DNA of 64,000 nucleotides from Stylophora pistillata (Eukaryota): NCBI RefSeq assembly GCF_002571385.2, contig NW_019218049.1, positions 96,569 to 160,568 of the forward strand, read 5' to 3'. Shown piece by piece: positions 13,201 to 28,100 of this stretch (position 1 is its first letter; each line of letters starts with the position of its first letter). The notes under the pieces were generated by a model. It saw only the letters and a program-made list of their open reading frames with translations, ran no database searches and was not told where the DNA came from. The position numbers and the translations under genes were made by a program.

Positions 13201-16079
13201 ATAATAACAACAACAATAATAATAATGATAATAAATAATAATTCGAGTATTTCGATAGCGCTAGTTACATAGAAACGATCACTAGCGCTTTACAATGATA
13301 ACTATTCTACAACAATCTAAGTATGCCATGTAAAATGTCAATGAGACTTACAATAAAATAAAACAAATCAGATTAAATAATATTCATAAAAACTTAAATA
13401 AAATAAAATTTCTGGTCTAAATGATGGGATAGCACGCAAGGTTCTTATTCCGAAGGCGAAGGCACGATTAACGCAAATATTCACGAAGTGTTATAATGCC
13501 CACGTGGTAACTGAAGGGTGCTTTTTGTAAATCTAGGCCTGTATGGTAATTGAACCCATGACCTCTGCGATACCGGTGCAGTTTACTAACAGTTTATTAA
13601 TTAACTAAGTTACTAACCGTAGTTAGTTGGAATTCTGCTGACACTTTTCCTTTCTGTTGAGGTAAACTACCTCTCCTTATTGTCTGCAAGCTTCTGAAAC
13701 GGATCAAGACTTTTACATTTATAAAAACTGACTTAGCATCATTAGCAATGCTTTGTCAGTTATAAAAATTTGTTCAATTTGATTTTTGTGTAATAAGTTT
13801 CCAGCACTACCGTTTTTTTGTCAAGTAACCGCACTGTCAAAGATTGAGAAATAAGAACAATCAAATAACCACGAACTAACTTCAAAATTCTCATACTTAT
13901 CGGAAGAAATCGAAGAAGCACTGCTTCGTCTTGGTGTTTGTTGTTCCGGATTGGACTGGGTCGATACTTTCCGCGCGCTGCTGTTGAGGTCTGGGTTAGA
14001 GTCTGTTTGTGATAAGTCGCTTTGTGATCCATGTGATCCCGAAGCTTGTAATGAACTCTGGGAGCCGAACTTGCTCTTCAGAACAGGGATTGCTGGGACT
14101 GCAAAGCCATTGTGCTCGCTTGCGTGTGTTAGGTCTGATTTCCTAGGAATGGGAAATTATTTACCTCGAAAATTACTTAAAGCAAGAAGAGTGACTGTGA
14201 TCAAATTTCTACCTTCAGCATCACAGCTGAATCGAACATTAGGGTCAGGAGAATAACGAAAATTATCACAAACTAAAGAAGCTCGAGATTGGCAAACTAA
14301 TTCTCCTTGTAAGTACAATATGAAATGTATAAAGAGCATTATGGAGAATATACATATCAAGGTGAGGATGTAAAGGGTGAAAGAGTAAGCAAAACACGAC
14401 AGAGATCACACTTGTAAAACTCTCAATGCAAAAAAAAAACAATTAAAAAATCCAGTGTCACTGAGTATAACATGGGTTAAACATTCAACGTGAAACATTT
14501 TACAGAGTTTTTCGTCTTGAGTCTAGTCTTGATGAAGCTGTCAGTGCTATCAATAGATGTATTTGTGATTTAAGAAATTGGATGATTAGGGATAGGCTAA
14601 TGATTAATGACGATAAAACTGAGTTGATCTTAATAGGACCTAGACAACAATTAGGTAAGATCAACGATGAATGGAATATTTCCGTTGGTGATTGTGATAT
14701 TTATCCTAGTTCCTGTGTTAGAAATCTCGGTGCATGGTTTGATAATAAGTTGTCTATGTCAACGCACGTTAATAAAATTTGTAATTCCGCGTTTTATCAC
14801 CTACATAATATTAGGAGGATTAAGAATTATTTATCTCGCGATTCGTTATTAACGCTTATTCATGCTTTTATCACTAGTCGTTTAGACTATTGTAATGGAC
14901 TTTTGTATGGCCTTCCTAAGTCGCAAATAGCCAAATTGCAACGTGTGCAGAATGCTGCGGCTAGACTTGTACTGAGTTTAAGTAAGTATTCGCATATTTC
15001 TCCTGCGCTTTGTCAACTTCACTGGTTACCAGTACAACATCGTGTTCATTTTAAGATCATAATTTTAACATTTAAAGCTATTCATGGATGGGCGCCTAGG
15101 TATATCATTGAACTAATTAACATCAAGCCTAGGTCTGTATATAATCTTAGATCAAATCAAAGTTTATTACTTGACCCTCCTAAGGGGAAAATGCTTGCCA
15201 CGTTGGGGGACAGATCATTCTCTGCTGCTGCCCCGTACTTATGGAATGCTCTGCCAGCTGAATTACGTGATATTCAATCATTTTCCATTTTTAAATGTAA
15301 GCTGAAAACTTATTTATTTCGTGCAGCTTTCTCAAAGTACCCTGTCTGACAATTACTTTTATTAGTATTACTAATTAAGTTCCTTATTAAGATCCTTATT
15401 ATGGATATTCCATATTATTCTTATTTTTAACATACATTGTTAATATTAATGTACATGTAATTAGTTTTATAAATTTGAATTTACTGTAGTATTTTAAGTT
15501 GTTAAGCGCTGTTGATCATTGAATGAAAATAGCGCTCTAGAAGTTATTAAATTAAATTAAATTAAATTTCTATGTGCCCCGCTTTTCTAAGCATCTTTAC
15601 ACCAGAGAGTAACTAACTTTGTGACTTTAGATGGAGGAGCAAACACGCCATGGCTCGGCTTGCAGTCGAAGTATCTGACTCCTGCTACTGAGCCATCGTT
15701 CTTCCCAACAGCCTGCTGCAGTTCAATACCAAGCCAAAAACTACAAAAAAGAAAAACACATGCTGGCCACGGATTCTTATTACTAATGAGTTAACCCAGA
15801 ATTTCGTTCATGGCAAAGTAACTTTGAGAGATTCAAAACTTCAAGAATCGTGTAAAAGGAATCTTACATTTCTTTTAGTGATCACTTGGGTATTTGACTC
15901 GATCATGACAAAAAAAAATTATTTAAAAAAATATGGCGGAATGCTCGAAGGATTCGTGAAAATTCTACTTGGAAATCAAGATTGAGGTACTTTCATAAGC
16001 AACAATCTATTAGTTAAGAAAAATAACTGTTAGGATCGGTTAGGATACAGGCATGATTTCTGCAAACATTGCAGGATAC

Positions 16080-16110
<31 letters not shown>

Positions 16111-19100
16111 CATACGTACATACGTATGTAGGATACTTGGTGCGCAGAACTAATAAAAAGGTATTTGGTTTCTTGTTCAACTTCCTGGTATGCTTTTGGC
16201 AATAACCAAATAGCCATCATTTGGCTTTGATTTAGTACAGCACACTATACTTGCCAATAGAAACTATCAAAAACTTTCGATGAAAACTCACCCTTCAGCA
16301 AACTGCGTTTTTCCGATGAACCTTACAACTCCATTTTTCTGGCCGGCGACCATGACATTGTCACCAACCTACAGAGATCAGGCAGTAACAATGAGCTTAA
16401 CCTCGGATTATGAGCATAGCCTCAGTTAAAAAAAATTCCGCTGTAAAATATTACTATATAATCTTACACGAAGAAATGCACGATACGAGTCGAAATCAAC
16501 CGACCGTACCCAAAGGGTACTTACCTGGAAACCTAGCGTTTCGTCAGTTCCATTCCCTCGCGGAGAGGGAGACGGGGAACCGGATCGAGAGCTTGCTCTC
16601 GAGTTAGTTCGTGAACTGGGTCGCGACGACGGCCGTGAGCCAGAATGAGAGATCTGGGCTTGAGCAATACGAGAGGCAGAGGTTGGTCGGGAATTAGGAC
16701 GGGAGTTTGGTAAGGAGTCTGCTTTACTCATCTTGGACAGTGGAGCGAAGATACCTGATGATTGAAACCACAAAAATAAGTTACTACACTCAGTGCAAAT
16801 GAAAATAAAGTGAAACTTTAACAAAAAAGAGGCTAAACAAACAAACAAACAAACAAACAATAACAGGCATTAATTATAAAAATGAGGATCTGGCTGGAGT
16901 CATGGGTGACAAAAAGAAACAGTTCTGGGAATTGCTACAACTTTGATATTATCAACTGTGTGAGCTAATCCCTGTGAAAGTGGAGTTTGGGTTCAAGTCT
17001 TTTTCATGAAACAGATATTACAAAATATGAAGTTTCGTCTTTCACTTAAATCAACAGGCTTTACATTTACCATCTTCATTTAAATCATCATTAAGCAAAA
17101 GCATCATATTTAACATTCTTATCCTAGCAGTATGCAAGAAGTTTGTCTTCATGGACCTAGTTAAACAGCCGAGCCTGCCTAGAGTCTTTTACAGCTCAGT
17201 AGTAGGGCATCTGAAGTGAAAATCAGAAGGTTGTGGGTTCCGCTCTTATCAGAAGCACTCGTAGTTGTTTTTTTCTCCAAGTATGGGTCATTTTCTGAAA
17301 TCATCATCTTTCACAAAAAATAAACTGTTGGTAAAAATTCTATTCTTACAGGTTCTCACCCCTAAATGATTTACAATTAATTAATTTTTAGCAGGGTTTG
17401 ATAATGCTCTATCTTATAATTCATGCACAAATAGTGTAATGACTTATATGTACTTGAATCAAGTAATAAAATGCAAAGACGCTCTTAATTTTGATTAGTC
17501 ACCCTTTAAACATTTTCCCCAAATATATAATTGGTACCAGCCTGGTTTGCTATGCCCCACCTTACCATGCTTAGGTAGACATTGGAAGTATGACACTCCC
17601 CCTACTGAACCATCATTTTTACCAATGGGCATGTCCAGTTCTACACCTGCCCATTCCCCTGATGCAAAGTCTGTTGGACCACAGAAGCGAAGAATCCCAA
17701 ACTGCAATGAAACCATTTGGTTGTTAGTTGATGCAAAACCAAATTCTCCAAACCAACATCATAAGAATAGTATGGCAGGTAGAAGAGAGAACTACTAATG
17801 AGATATTAGAGATAATTGCATTTGTTAGACAATGCAATCCTTTTAACAAGTTGTTTCAACATGTTGCAGGGACATGTAACTTTGTCCATGAAACAGAGTT
17901 TGTTCTAACAACACCTTACACAAATATTAACTAGTTGGAATACATGCCATCATTGCAGCAATAAAATCCATGAAATTATAAGTTGCACCAACTTTTTGAA
18001 AAAGTGGTAGTCCCTATATGAAGCAGTAATTGCTGCAACCTTTCACAATCTTAAGAAATTTGTAAACTAAACTTTTGCAACTAAATTGTATAATTATGTA
18101 CCTTACTCCCTCCTATACACACTTGATCACCAATTTTAAGTCCCATAGAAGCCAAAGTAGATGGAATCTCATTCTAAAAGATAAAGAATGTTGAAGAAAA
18201 TTTGATTTTGGAACTGCTGAGTATGATGCAACAAAGGTAAAACAAATTGCATCATCACTGTTATTAACAATAATTAAAAAACAACTGGCATTTTTGATGA
18301 ATGATTGAAAAACAAATTGGCATCATTATTACTGATATTGTGAAATTATACAGGATAAGTTACATCATGATTACTTTTGAAATTGTTAAACAGAGTGCAT
18401 ATTAGAATAATATTATCACAACAAGCTACAAATGTCATGAAAAAGTCCATTCAGAGTAGAATATCTTATTATCATTACATATACTGCATTGTAAAAAAGA
18501 TTTTGAGTAACCAGGCTGTGATGCAAAGTAGGTGGTACAAGGACAAGCCTCAATGTTCAAAATTGAGCCACAAGCATTCAGAAAAGCCGGAGTGTCTTTT
18601 AGAGTAAACAATCAAATACACCAGTTGCTGGCTTATTTTGAAAAACCCTGCATACAAATTATCATCTTCATTTGATAGTATAGAGCCTTATGTATGAATG
18701 AAACATTTTTTTCCTTACCTCTTGATCTTGCATAGGTTTAAGTGGAGGCTCAGCTTCTGACAGAAGTCTTGTCAGCTTGTCAGCAACCATTGCTGGTTCA
18801 GAATCTTGCTCATACACTGCAGCTTTATACGGATAAGTAACTTTAGTTATTGCATGAGAATATGGACAATTAACAAAATATTGTATGAAAAGGCAAATTC
18901 TGAATTCCTTAGTCAAGTGTATAATCTCAAAATCAATTGAAAATTAAATTTCTACAATGTAGAAATAAAAAATATGACTGCTCTTTACACTTACCAACAG
19001 GAATACAGTGCAAAGCTAGTCTGTTAAGTTTGTCTCTCAGGGATGCATCTGCTCCATGCTGAAGCTGAAATACATCAACAGTCAGTTACATAAAAGGCTC

Positions 19101-22100
19101 ATGTCTTTAATAAGTATCAACTGTAGATAAATGGCCATTAGCAAGGTTTCGACTGTATTATTCAAATGGACACTCACTAAACACTTGGCTCCTTCTAAAC
19201 AGAGATTACTTGCAGCAATATGCAGAGATGTGCCATTATCAAATTCTTTACACTGAGTATCAACATCTGCAAGTAATAAAAAAGAATGTACATCATAACA
19301 ATAAATCAGTTGTCTAGTTGAGATCCTTCTTTTGATAATGCAGGGTCGGGTAGGGTCCTAAAAAAATATATAATCCAGTATAACAAGCTGCAACCATTTG
19401 ATCATCATGCTGAGAGAAAAACAATTTGCCATCTAAAATTCCAGACCAGTTTGGAAACTGTGCTAAATGATATTTTGAAGAGCCATTTCCTTGTCATCAC
19501 TTCCTGTTTATGGCTTCTCATCCATTCCCAAAAAACCTAAGCTGAGAAGCTCATTTACTTGAAACTGTTGTTGGAAAATATCAACAAGGGTTAGCTCTCT
19601 AGTGAATCAGGTAATTTTGGTTTTATCAACTGATTTTATGATGTCAATTGGCCACCATAAAGTGTCAAAGCTGAAGTTTCAAGAATTAGCCCTTTGTCAG
19701 CTCTAATGAAGAGCTAATGCTTGAAACATCAGCTATGAAACTCTTTACAATGCCCAATTTACATTATCAACTCAGTTAGTAAAACAAAGATTACCTTTTT
19801 TTTACTCCCCACTGATGCAGCAACACAGTTTTTTTAATTTGAAACTTAGGGTACCCTCTTTATTCTCTAGTGAAAGGCCAATTTGTACTACACGCTGGGT
19901 TTTCATTAAGGAGGGTACATTAGCTTCAATTATTATTTCAGTAAATGGATTTCTTTCAGTTTGAAACAGCTGTTTAAAAAACTTACCTCTTGCATTGGAT
20001 GCCTTTAGTAGAACTCTAATGATTGGTGCCGCATCGAAGAAGGATGCGTAATGTAAAGGAAGCATGTCAGTCCAGCGACACTTCTGACTAACATCACTAC
20101 CCTGTGCAGTTTAAAAAAGAGATGATGCTAATTGTTGCTGAATAAAACTGATGATATCTGAAATACCTCTTTTAAAAATTGTATCAATCCACAGCCACCT
20201 TACATCTAAATCATTAATGTCTGCTCATGATAAAGAGTGGAGAAGTGACAAGAACCAATTTTACTGTTCTTACCTTAGAGATAAGTGAACTAACAACACT
20301 GCTTGCAGCTCCAACATCACCAACACCAACTAGAAAAAAATGTGGATAACATCAAAGTGGATGTTCAAGCTTAAAATAGAGAAGCAAAAGGCAGGAGGCT
20401 TTCCAAGATGTAGGTATATGACACATGCCTGTTCTACCCTTCCTTTTCCAACCTTAACCAACTGTTCCAAAAATTTTCTCACTGATTAATGAGTATAATT
20501 CTAGCATACCTGCACCGGCTTTGCAAGCGTAATGCAGCAATGTCATGTCTGTCAAACCATCCCGATCATCAACATGAGCACCTCGTCTTAACACCTGAAA
20601 GTTAGCATGACATAATTGAGGTGAACAACCTGCCATGATTTGAATATCTTTAGAACAACCTAAGTTGAAAATTTTACAGTTTTCTATAAAATCTATATGT
20701 CACAAATTATAAACTTGGTCATTGGGCTCACTATGTCTGCCATTTTTTTTTTCTTGATTGTAGACTACATGATGAGATTTCCCTCTTCCCTGGACGAAAT
20801 CAGTTACAAAAGATTACAGCAATATGCAGAACTCAGGATATAGGCATGCAAAAAGAAATCATTACTGTTACAGTATTGATTTCACCTTAAATCTCTTTAG
20901 TTAGTAACATCTTTGGAATGTGGCCATGACATAGAGACTGATAATATGTTAAAATAAGAAATGCAACTTGTTACACCTAGTTGAATGTAAAATTTGATAC
21001 TTAAAATTCCTCAATTGAGGTAAAACTCCATGCCTTTGCCTGTAGTCTTGCCACTTCCTCTAGGAGTTCCATCTGGTGCCAACATTTTTTCACTAATTTC
21101 TTTACACCCACGCAAGGGAGTTTGCCAGAAAATGAGGACAGCTTGTAGTTCAACAATAATGTAACATTAAATATAGGCAACCTTAAAAAATGCAATCTTA
21201 GCCCAGATATAGACTATTAGATGGTGCACTTTTGCATACACAGCTCACAGACACATGAACATCCTTCTACCTCACCTCTTTAATAAACATTTCAATGTTT
21301 TGTTGAACTTGTGGTACCCATTGTCTCATAATTGCAAAAATCTCCGAGATGGTTGTCGTTGGTCTACAAAAAATGGTAATTCAAGTTTGAGAATACCAGT
21401 TCTACAGCTGAAGGGGCACTTGATCTGACCAAACTGAACATACAAATCTCATTTTATAATCATTTTTAATAGACACAAGAGAGATGTTACAAAGTACTAC
21501 CTCTCAAAGTAAAGTAAGACTAAGACACTGCACAACCAGGCAACCAGGATGTTATTATCCATAATGCAAATTTTCATTTTATGTCATTAGTGTATGTTAT
21601 AATTGAAATAAAAGGGTTCCATCTTGCTATTACATAGAGTTGAGTCAAAACTGTGCTTCCTGTTTCTGCATAACAAGGCAAGAACCAATAGAATACACAT
21701 CCTTTGGAATGACACAGTTGCATCAATTCATAATGGTAATAGGACCAAGTAAAGTTTAATTCGGTCTGTAATCATGTATTTGAGTGATTAACAAAATCAA
21801 ATGGCCACAAAGCTAACTCGGCAAAATGCAAGACAATAGCATGTACACATAATGCATTCTGTCCACTTACACAGTCATGACGTGTTAACTGTTGCTTACA
21901 CTGTCCTCTTAGTGCTCAAATCAGGCTGGTGATGGCAGGGCTTGACACTAATAGTAGCCCACTAGCCACAGACTAGTAGAAATTTAGTTTATGCTGGTGG
22001 TTTTCAATTTCCACTATCCAGTTTGGCTAGTAAACAAACTGAAATTGTCATAACGTCTAAGACATCACTAGTCACTTGGCTGGTCAGTTGAAAAGTTAGT

Positions 22101-25100
22101 GTCGAGCCCTGGATGACCAGTTATAGTTTTGATTAAAGGAGTAATCAAGGCCAGTCAATCCTTCTAACCAAGAGCATTACCTTCTTTTTAAGGCTCATTT
22201 TTCTTGACTAGAATGGACGAAATTACAGGTTTAATGAAAATCCTATATGACTTTCCTACATGAAATTCCTATATGACTTTCCTATGACTTGGGAAACACC
22301 TCATTTTTAACCCCTTCATTCCCTAAATCTCATTAGTAATTCCCCTTACTGCCTGTCGTACAGTTCTTATATTAATAGTTTAGAGAATTTGTTATTGGAT
22401 CAACTAATAATCCCTTAGTTGAAATTTTTCTTTAATTTCATCATTTGTCTGCTTGATATTGTATTCATTTGATGCTGTAAGGCAAAACTTTGTCTTGGTC
22501 ACTCATGGAGGTTTAAGGGTTAATTGAAAATTTCTCTAAACAAGGGTGTAATTTTGAGAGACTCTGGTAGCTTATGCCAATGCAGTATGGATTGATCAAA
22601 AATGAAATTGTGTAAACTCACTCTAAAAGAATATCTTGACAGCCAGGACAATTTGGATCAAAGAAGGTCAGTTCTAGCTTCCTGCACTACAAAAAAGAAA
22701 ATGAACAAGCAAGTTAAAAAGATATGATAATAGCAAAGTTGTTTTCTTACCTGAAAGAATTCACAAGTATGAAAAATTAACAAGACCTTTCATTGAAATC
22801 TAAGGTATTGTGTTACCTGAATTGAAGGGCGTTTAATTGAAAATTCACAAATACCTTTACAAATCAACCCACAAAGTTAGGTCTTTCGAATTATATTTGT
22901 TATACAAAGATAATTATTTTGTTTGCCAATTGGGAACTTAATTAAAGGTGACAATATTTCAACTTAATGGAGTTTTCTTAAAACTGTTATAATCTTGAAT
23001 AATTAATGCTATTTGCTTGCCATTTGAACAAAGACTAAGAACTTGTTAAAATTCAATAAATACAAGCGTGTTTGGTTAAACACAAATTTTTGTTTCAAGT
23101 GCTTTTCGTATTAGTTAAACAAACTTACGTTTTCGCACAAAGGAGGGTCTGCTGGCGGATGAGAAATTGGTTTGTCGCGAGCCGGCATTACAAAATCGGT
23201 CACCACAAATCCAGAAGAAAAGCTGGATGTCTTTTCCTGAAAATATAAACACAAAATCCCCAACCGTTTCGTCTCGCACGAGTTTGTTTACATCCAATAA
23301 AATCGCAAAGGGTGGAAAAGTCTCTTTTGATCGTATTTACTTCCACACGTAATGGGTTACCACGTAATTTATTACAAACAAATTCATTTTCCCGATTTCT
23401 TGGTTAAGAAAATGTAAAAAAAACTATCAGTTCATTTGACTCAAAGTTTTACCAACACTTGTTGACATAACTTCACATCGGACGAACTGGTGAAGTACTG
23501 TAGCGATTAATCGCATTAATTTACGGCAAACCACAGTTTAAATTTTCTTTTCACCCTGAAAAACTATTCAACACTTTCGTGAGTGAAAATTAATTTGCTT
23601 CAAACAAATAAAACTTTCAAAAGGTGTATCAAAACTGTATACCTATTTTCCCTAAGTTAAACAAGCCAGCTATGACGACATTCTGAAAAAGCTTTTCTAA
23701 CACACAATGAAATAGGACAAAAAAATTATTCATGGCTACAAATTCAAACAAGTCCTGCACTTAGATAGATTTCTTACCTTTCCAGGCATTGTAAAATAAA
23801 ATCAAACTTGCGGAGAAAACGAACTTTTAGCGCAATTTTATCGAGACATTTTCGACGCTTTCAGAATGTTTTTGGAGGGAATCTCTAATGACGAAAGCCG
23901 CTGGCCGATAATTTCATGACTCACGGCGCCTAAACATTTATCCTGACTTTCAAAGGAAGTAGAAAATCGGCAAAACGTGCCGACCGCAGTTACAGTCCTT
24001 CAGGAATTACGTTTATCAAACACCAATATTATTGGATCAAAACGTTCGTAATTGTTCTCGTCTCTAATCCGCACCGGCGGTAATCTTGACCTTCAAAACT
24101 GCTTATATTTTAGTTTTCTTTTCAACAATTCCAAGGTAGGAATTAAATCGAATTTGGTGACCTCTTATAATTAGGAATAGAATATTCTAGTGGTATCCTA
24201 CAAGAGAAATAATTTTCTAGTAATCAGAATAAATTCTATTCTTTGTGGAAATCACTGACCACACCTTTAATCTTTGTTATTTCCTTTTCTGTCTAGTTTG
24301 TGGATAACAAGCTTAAACCTAAAAATCACGAAAATTCCTTTATATGTGCAAAACTTTTGAAAAAAGGAGAAAATTATAGTACAAAGTTACTAGAAGAACA
24401 TAAAGCAGTCACGTCATCTTTGAGGAGGGAGAAAGAGGGGTCGGTCGACGGTTCGTGTTTGAACACGGGTTTCCATCAGCACCAGTCAACCGCCATTCAG
24501 TCGTAAAGCAAAACGTATTCTTTTTTATATTGGACTCGCTAAATTTATGTTAACTCTCACTTATGGCTAAACTCAATATTGCAAATCACTCAATACAGAA
24601 ATGCTAACTCATCTCGTCAAGCATTCCTATCGAGTGACATCATATAATTCAAAAATCGCTTTAGTGAACGTGATCTGCCAATATCAAAACATTTACGACA
24701 GTACAGAGCGATTACTGATGCAGTAAATGTTACGGGCGCTATGTTGGTAAATGAGACAGGGGCGATAATATGACCGGTACCCGCAGCGAAAAAGAGAGAA
24801 TGGTTTGGGACGGGCTGCTTAAAGAACGCTTCAGAAATATTTTTTCAAAAAGCTCTTTTAGCTCACGCGAGACCACCTGAGGCAAACCTGTTGAAGAACT
24901 ATTTTGAGTTTTCGTCGATTCTAGAGCCAGATGATGCATTTATAAAGCGTCTAATCACTCATATGATTTTCTAACGTCAACTTTTTTATCTGATCGGTTT
25001 GTCACTCACTGGGGTGTCCATGTCAGGTAGCAGGGGGTGCTCCCAACGACTCTCCCCAGTCACCGAGTTGAAGTAGTACAATCTGCCACTGTGAGTCTTG

Positions 25101-28100
25101 GACGAGCACAAGCTCCAGTTGTCCGGGAGACTGGATTCGAACCTTCGACGAGTTTCCAGGTCGTCGTTGAATTCAACATCCATTTCGTAATCTGACTACA
25201 AAAAAAGGGGGGTTAAGACTCCTTAGTAACAATAACAACACCAACAATAATAACGCTAACAGACTTTATTCGTCATAACTAATACTGTGATATCTAAATT
25301 AAGTGTATCTCCCAAAACATTATACAAATGTTTTTAAAACATTAATTGATATTCGTGTATGTGGAATATTTATTGTTCTATACAGAATTATGTCAGTAAG
25401 TTTGTCATATCTGCTCTACATTCTGCAGCATTCCATTGCTTATACGTTGCACTTCCGTTGTTGTTACTTTAGAGAGTTTTTTTCAGTCCATTCCCAAGTT
25501 CATATCATGTCAAGTTGAATAAAAACTTTTCTCAAAGACATCCGCAGGTCATCGTTTAGTCTCCTAACATTCCGACTCAGAACACAGAGTACCCCCCCTC
25601 CCGAAAAAATAAAAGTTCTTATCTACATCAGTTATCTGTTCGGATACCAGTTCGGAATCTATAAAGCAAAAGTGCTTCTGACCTACCGACATCAGCACTG
25701 GGTGGTTGACATAATTATTAACAGGGTGATTAAACTACAAAGAAAACTAAAATGGTACCGGTGGAAACTCAACTTCCCTTTCCACGAGTATTCATCAGTA
25801 AAAATATGTATACGTACGGCGAACACTTCACAACCACTCACCAAAATGGAGGTGGCTACTGGTAGTGGCGCAGGGGGATAGACATAGCCGCGAAGGAGTG
25901 AGGTAGACTTTTACAGCTAGCCACCGACACTAAGGTGAATAGTTTTTTCAGTATACACTAAAACGGTGAGATAATATAGCACAAAAAGATGATTTTAAAT
26001 AATTTATCAAGGGCGTAGCCAGGGGGGGTTCTTGGGGTGCCTGTGACCCCCCCTTCTTTAGAGCAAACAACCTGCAATATTCAGGTGGCAAAAACGCCAT
26101 GACAATATCTTGGCCGTAAAAGCCATTGTTGAAAAGCCCACTTTTTTAAAATTTGTTCTTTTTGTAAGTCAGCGGCTCTTGTATTTAGTTAATATGGGCC
26201 TTCATGCCGCGACAATACGACTGAGCCCGCTGATACACGCAGGAGAGCAGCGGTGTAAATGGTGAGTAGCCTCTGTGGCCCCCCTTTGAAAAATCCTGGC
26301 TACGCCCCTGTTTCTATTATACCTGAAACGATTGCAATATTTTCAGACTCAAATCCCACGCGAGTTGCTCGAAGGTGAATGGGATTAGATATTCGGAGTT
26401 AGAGTAGCCAGCCAATCAGAGCGCTTTCCACTGTTTTTCAGCATACACTGGATATGGCTATTCCGGTGTACCTGGTCGTTAGTGATCATGAGGCACATAC
26501 AATGTAACGCAATTAACTGTCCTATTTGGACTAAGGTTTTCCGCGGTCACCTATCTAACATTTAGCCAAGAGGGGCAACGGTAAACTCCTTTGGGGTTTA
26601 CTTTCATTTTGTCGGCTTTTGTAGTGTATGACATCTGTAACTGAAGAAGTTTAAGCTATAATCAAGCTTGACGGTTTTTCTCTCTTTGGCATGTTACTTC
26701 ATCCTAGCGTTTCAATTAATTTCAACTGGAAAAGTGGGTTGTCATTTTCAAACACGTTCATGCATGTTTGCATGAGTATCATTGATAAGGTATTTCAGCC
26801 ATAGACTTAAGTCGTGTGACCTCGCTTAGCCGATCCAAGCTGATTGATGGGGTTGTAATGGCAACATGGTGTAATCAAAACGACTAATTTAAAACAATTA
26901 CAATACAATTCAAACGCAGTGAAATTCCTGTGTATTAATACGTTAAACCGTGATGTAAAAGAAAAATCTTTAAGTTCGGTAGCATGCGTCTGTTTTCTCT
27001 CACAGCTAAAGGTATTTCACATTTGAACCTTTTACAGTACTTGGATTCGCGTGAAGTTGAAATTTGTAGTGAAGTCTCAATGCATACGCTACTTTTTACT
27101 GTCGCCGCCGAGTGATAAGGGAATGCAAACAACAGCTTCTAAACTAAGGAATCTTTCTGAAAAAACATACCTGAAAGTGTGTCAGGATACAGTTTTCGCC
27201 ATGTACTCTGATTTGACAGAATTATCTGCAACGGTTTTGGTGAATTCCATGGTAGCCGCTAGACTGATTTTAATAAGACTAATAGAGCTGAATTCAGATC
27301 AGGGTGAATACAAAAGTGTCAAATTCATGTTACTTTTTGACAACAGGAAACAGTCTTTCTTTGTATTCAATAGATGATAGTAGAATTAGTGAAAAGATAA
27401 TAACAGTTGTTGATAGTTTTTCAGCCGATTATATAAACAGCTTGTGTTGTGGTGGAAAACATTTCATTTCGATTTATACCTACTCATCCCGGTCGCTATT
27501 TTCTTGGGCAAGAATAATTGGTTAAAGTTTTTCTTCCTTTGCCAATATCTTGTATTTAATTGTTTTCGTTATAGATAATAAAAAAATTAACAAAACGACA
27601 ATGCTTTAAACATTCCATTCCTTTGTTTAAGGGATTAAGCCACTTAAGAATATTATTTACGACGTGGTTCTAAAAGTCGTTAGCGAACCGTTCGTCGTCA
27701 CACCCGCTTGAGCACAAACAAGAGAAGTGTCAATGGTGAAGCCGCTTCTAGCGGGAATAGAGGGGGAGGCGGAGAGGGGGAGCTCGTGCTCTCCCCTTCC
27801 ATTTTATTGGGTAAAAGTAAGTAGAAGACAAAAGCGTGTTTCGCCTCTCGCGCGCTCACGCTTGCTTTATGCTTGCCTGACTTAACGATGCCTGTCCCAG
27901 AGCCTATCCCCTGATTTAGACTGCTACGCAAGCTAAATCTGTCCTTACTCAAGGGAAGAAATGACCCTTGCAGGTGAGCTCCAATTTAGCAATTGCAGTA
28001 AAGAAGCCTGAAAAAGTTCAGACCTCAACCACGCTTCAACCTGTGCCACATTTCTTAAGCGTGACAGTGGAGACGAAGACCGAAATTTTTCAGGCTTCTT

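Noticed and set aside
14157-14360. Cys-containing minus-strand ORF (possible extra CLIP exon, with acceptor and donor-like ends)
   Set aside because: The flanking exons already join in phase without it, and it has no recognisable homology.
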